From assembly GCA_043748255.1 (NCBI GenBank), contig JAYTNQ010000335.1:1-41463 (forward strand): 41,463 nt of DNA, written 5' to 3'. This DNA is from Bacteroidota bacterium (GTDB taxonomy: Bacteria > Bacteroidota > Bacteroidia > Flavobacteriales > Flavobacteriaceae). This document shows positions 39,900 to 41,463 of this stretch, piece by piece. The translations under genes were made by a program, and so were the position numbers. Under the pieces are notes generated by a model that ran no database searches, was not told the origin of the DNA, and saw nothing but the letters and a program-made list of their open reading frames with translations. Numbering within the stretch: the stretch's first letter is position 1; each line of letters opens with the position of its first letter.

Positions 39900-41463
39900 A
39901 TGATTGCAATTACCGAAAAAACCCTTCAAGACCTACAATTTACAACCATATTAGATTCATTATCATTAGCTTGCAATACCGAAATTGGAAAGCAAAAAGC
40001 ATTGGATATCAAGCCGTTTGAAACTAAAAACGAATTAATAACGGCACTGTTGCAAACTTCAGAATATAGAGCCTCTTTTGACAATAACAATGCCATTCCG
40101 AACCACGGTTTTGAATCTATTGCTCACGAAATCAAGTTTTTGGGTATTGAAAATAGTTTTCTCGAAGTAGCGGGTTTTAGAAAAATTAGTGCCATTTCTT
40201 CAACAACAAATACCTTATTATTGTATTTTAAAAAATTTGATGATTATTATCCAAAACTGCATTTTAAAGCAAGTCAAATTAAATTCACAAAAGAAATTAT
40301 CGAGGAGATTGATTATATCATCGACAAATATGGAGAAATCAAAGATAATGCTTCGCCCGATTTGCTTCATATAAGACGAGAGATCAATTCGGTTCGTGGC
40401 AAAGTAAATCAAAGTTTTGGAGTGGCTTTGACTCAGTGTAATGCGATGGGATATTTGGATGACATCAAAGAAAGTTTTGTAAATAACCGACGGGTTTTGG
40501 CAGTTTTGTCAATGTATCGCAAAAAAGTGAAAGGTGCCATTATGGGAAGTTCAAAAACCGGTAGTATTGCCTATATCGAACCCGAAACCACCTTGCAATA
40601 CTCTCGTGAATTAAGCAATTTAGAATACGAAGAGAAGGAAGAGGTAATGCGAATTTTAAAAAATTTGACCAATCAAATTAGACCATTTTTAGGGCTAATT
40701 CAAGATTATCAATCTTTTTTGAGTGATATTGACGTGATTGCCTCAAAAGCAAAATATGCTCGAAAAACAAACTCAATTTTGCCCACGATTTCAGAAAACA
40801 GAAGGTTGTATTTTAAAAATGCCTACCATCCAATTTTGTATTTGACCAATAAATCAAAGGACGAAATTACGCATCCACAATCTATTGAATTAGATCAAAA
40901 AAATAGAATTATTGTGATTTCTGGTCCCAATGCAGGTGGCAAAACCATCTCGCTCAAAACCGTGGGTTTGTTGCAATTGATGTTGCAATCTGGCATGCTA
41001 ATTCCGGTTGCAGAGGGTAGCGAAACTTTTTTGTTTGACAGGATTTTGACAGATATTGGTGACAACCAATCTATTGAAAATCATTTGAGTACCTACAGTT
41101 ACCGCCTCAAAAACATGAATTACTTTTTGAGAAAGTGCAATGCCAAAACCTTATTTTTGATTGATGAGTTTGGCACAGGCTCCGACCCTGATTTGGGTGG
41201 TGCATTGGCCGAAATTTTTCTCGAAGAGTTTTACCATCGTGAAGCTTTTGGAATCATTACGACGCACTATTCTAATCTTAAAATTTTGGCAAATGAGCTT
41301 CCCTTTGCGATGAATGCCAATATGCTTTTTGACGAAAAAACCTTGGAACCAATGTATAAATTGGTTTTGGGTCAGGCGGGAAGTTCGTTTACGTTTGAGG
41401 TTGCCCAAAAAAATGGTATTCCGTTTGGGTTGATCAACAGGGCGAAGAAGAAAATTGAAACTG
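39900..41463 (+). CDS. mutS2: MutS2 family protein; 3' end runs off the window
   Basis: Absent from the ORF track. ATG 39900 gives MIAITEKTLQDLQF. In-frame ISGPNAGGKT at ~40917, then DIGDNQSIENHLSTYS, LIDEFGTGSDP, TTHY. TAAATTTG at 39868-39875. Confidence 0.95.
   Translation, partial: MIAITEKTLQDLQFTTILDSLSLACNTEIGKQKALDIKPFETKNELITALLQTSEYRASFDNNNAIPNHGFESIAHEIKFLGIENSFLEVAGFRKISAISSTTNTLLLYFKKFDDYYPKLHFKASQIKFTKEIIEEIDYIIDKYGEIKDNASPDLLHIRREINSVRGKVNQSFGVALTQCNAMGYLDDIKESFVNNRRVLAVLSMYRKKVKGAIMGSSKTGSIAYIEPETTLQYSRELSNLEYEEKEEVMRILKNLTNQIRPFLGLIQDYQSFLSDIDVIASKAKYARKTNSILPTISENRRLYFKNAYHPILYLTNKSKDEITHPQSIELDQKNRIIVISGPNAGGKTISLKTVGLLQLMLQSGMLIPVAEGSETFLFDRILTDIGDNQSIENHLSTYSYRLKNMNYFLRKCNAKTLFLIDEFGTGSDPDLGGALAEIFLEEFYHREAFGIITTHYSNLKILANELPFAMNANMLFDEKTLEPMYKLVLGQAGSSFTFEVAQKNGIPFGLINRAKKKIET

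Overview
AT-rich window from a Flavobacterium-like (Bacteroidota) chromosome, judged from TAnnTTTG -7 promoter boxes, T9SS type-B substrates and gene content. It is mostly housekeeping and envelope genes: kdsA, ggt, icd, rnpB, panE, trmD, ftsE, a dnaQ-like exonuclease, guaA, ung, mutS2, three large T9SS-type surface proteins and a glycosyltransferase cluster. Three things stand out. (1) A four-gene signalling module at 20.3-22.9 kb: a small soluble protein, a stand-alone 7-TM protein, a sensor-less one-TM HisKA_3 kinase and a NarL/LuxR regulator, behind tandem GGG-N8-CCC boxes. It is a candidate peptide- or protein-triggered signalling system. (2) Two FdtA/QdtA-like cupin paralogues that have lost complementary halves of the shared active site, suggesting an obligate heterodimer. 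(3) An A+T-rich island at 12.3-15.2 kb with a DdeI-like type II R-M pair downstream of a decayed tyrosine recombinase, with cassette-like boundary motifs, bracketed by ~134-bp inverted hairpin repeats. All family assignments come from motif recognition and recall; no database search was run.
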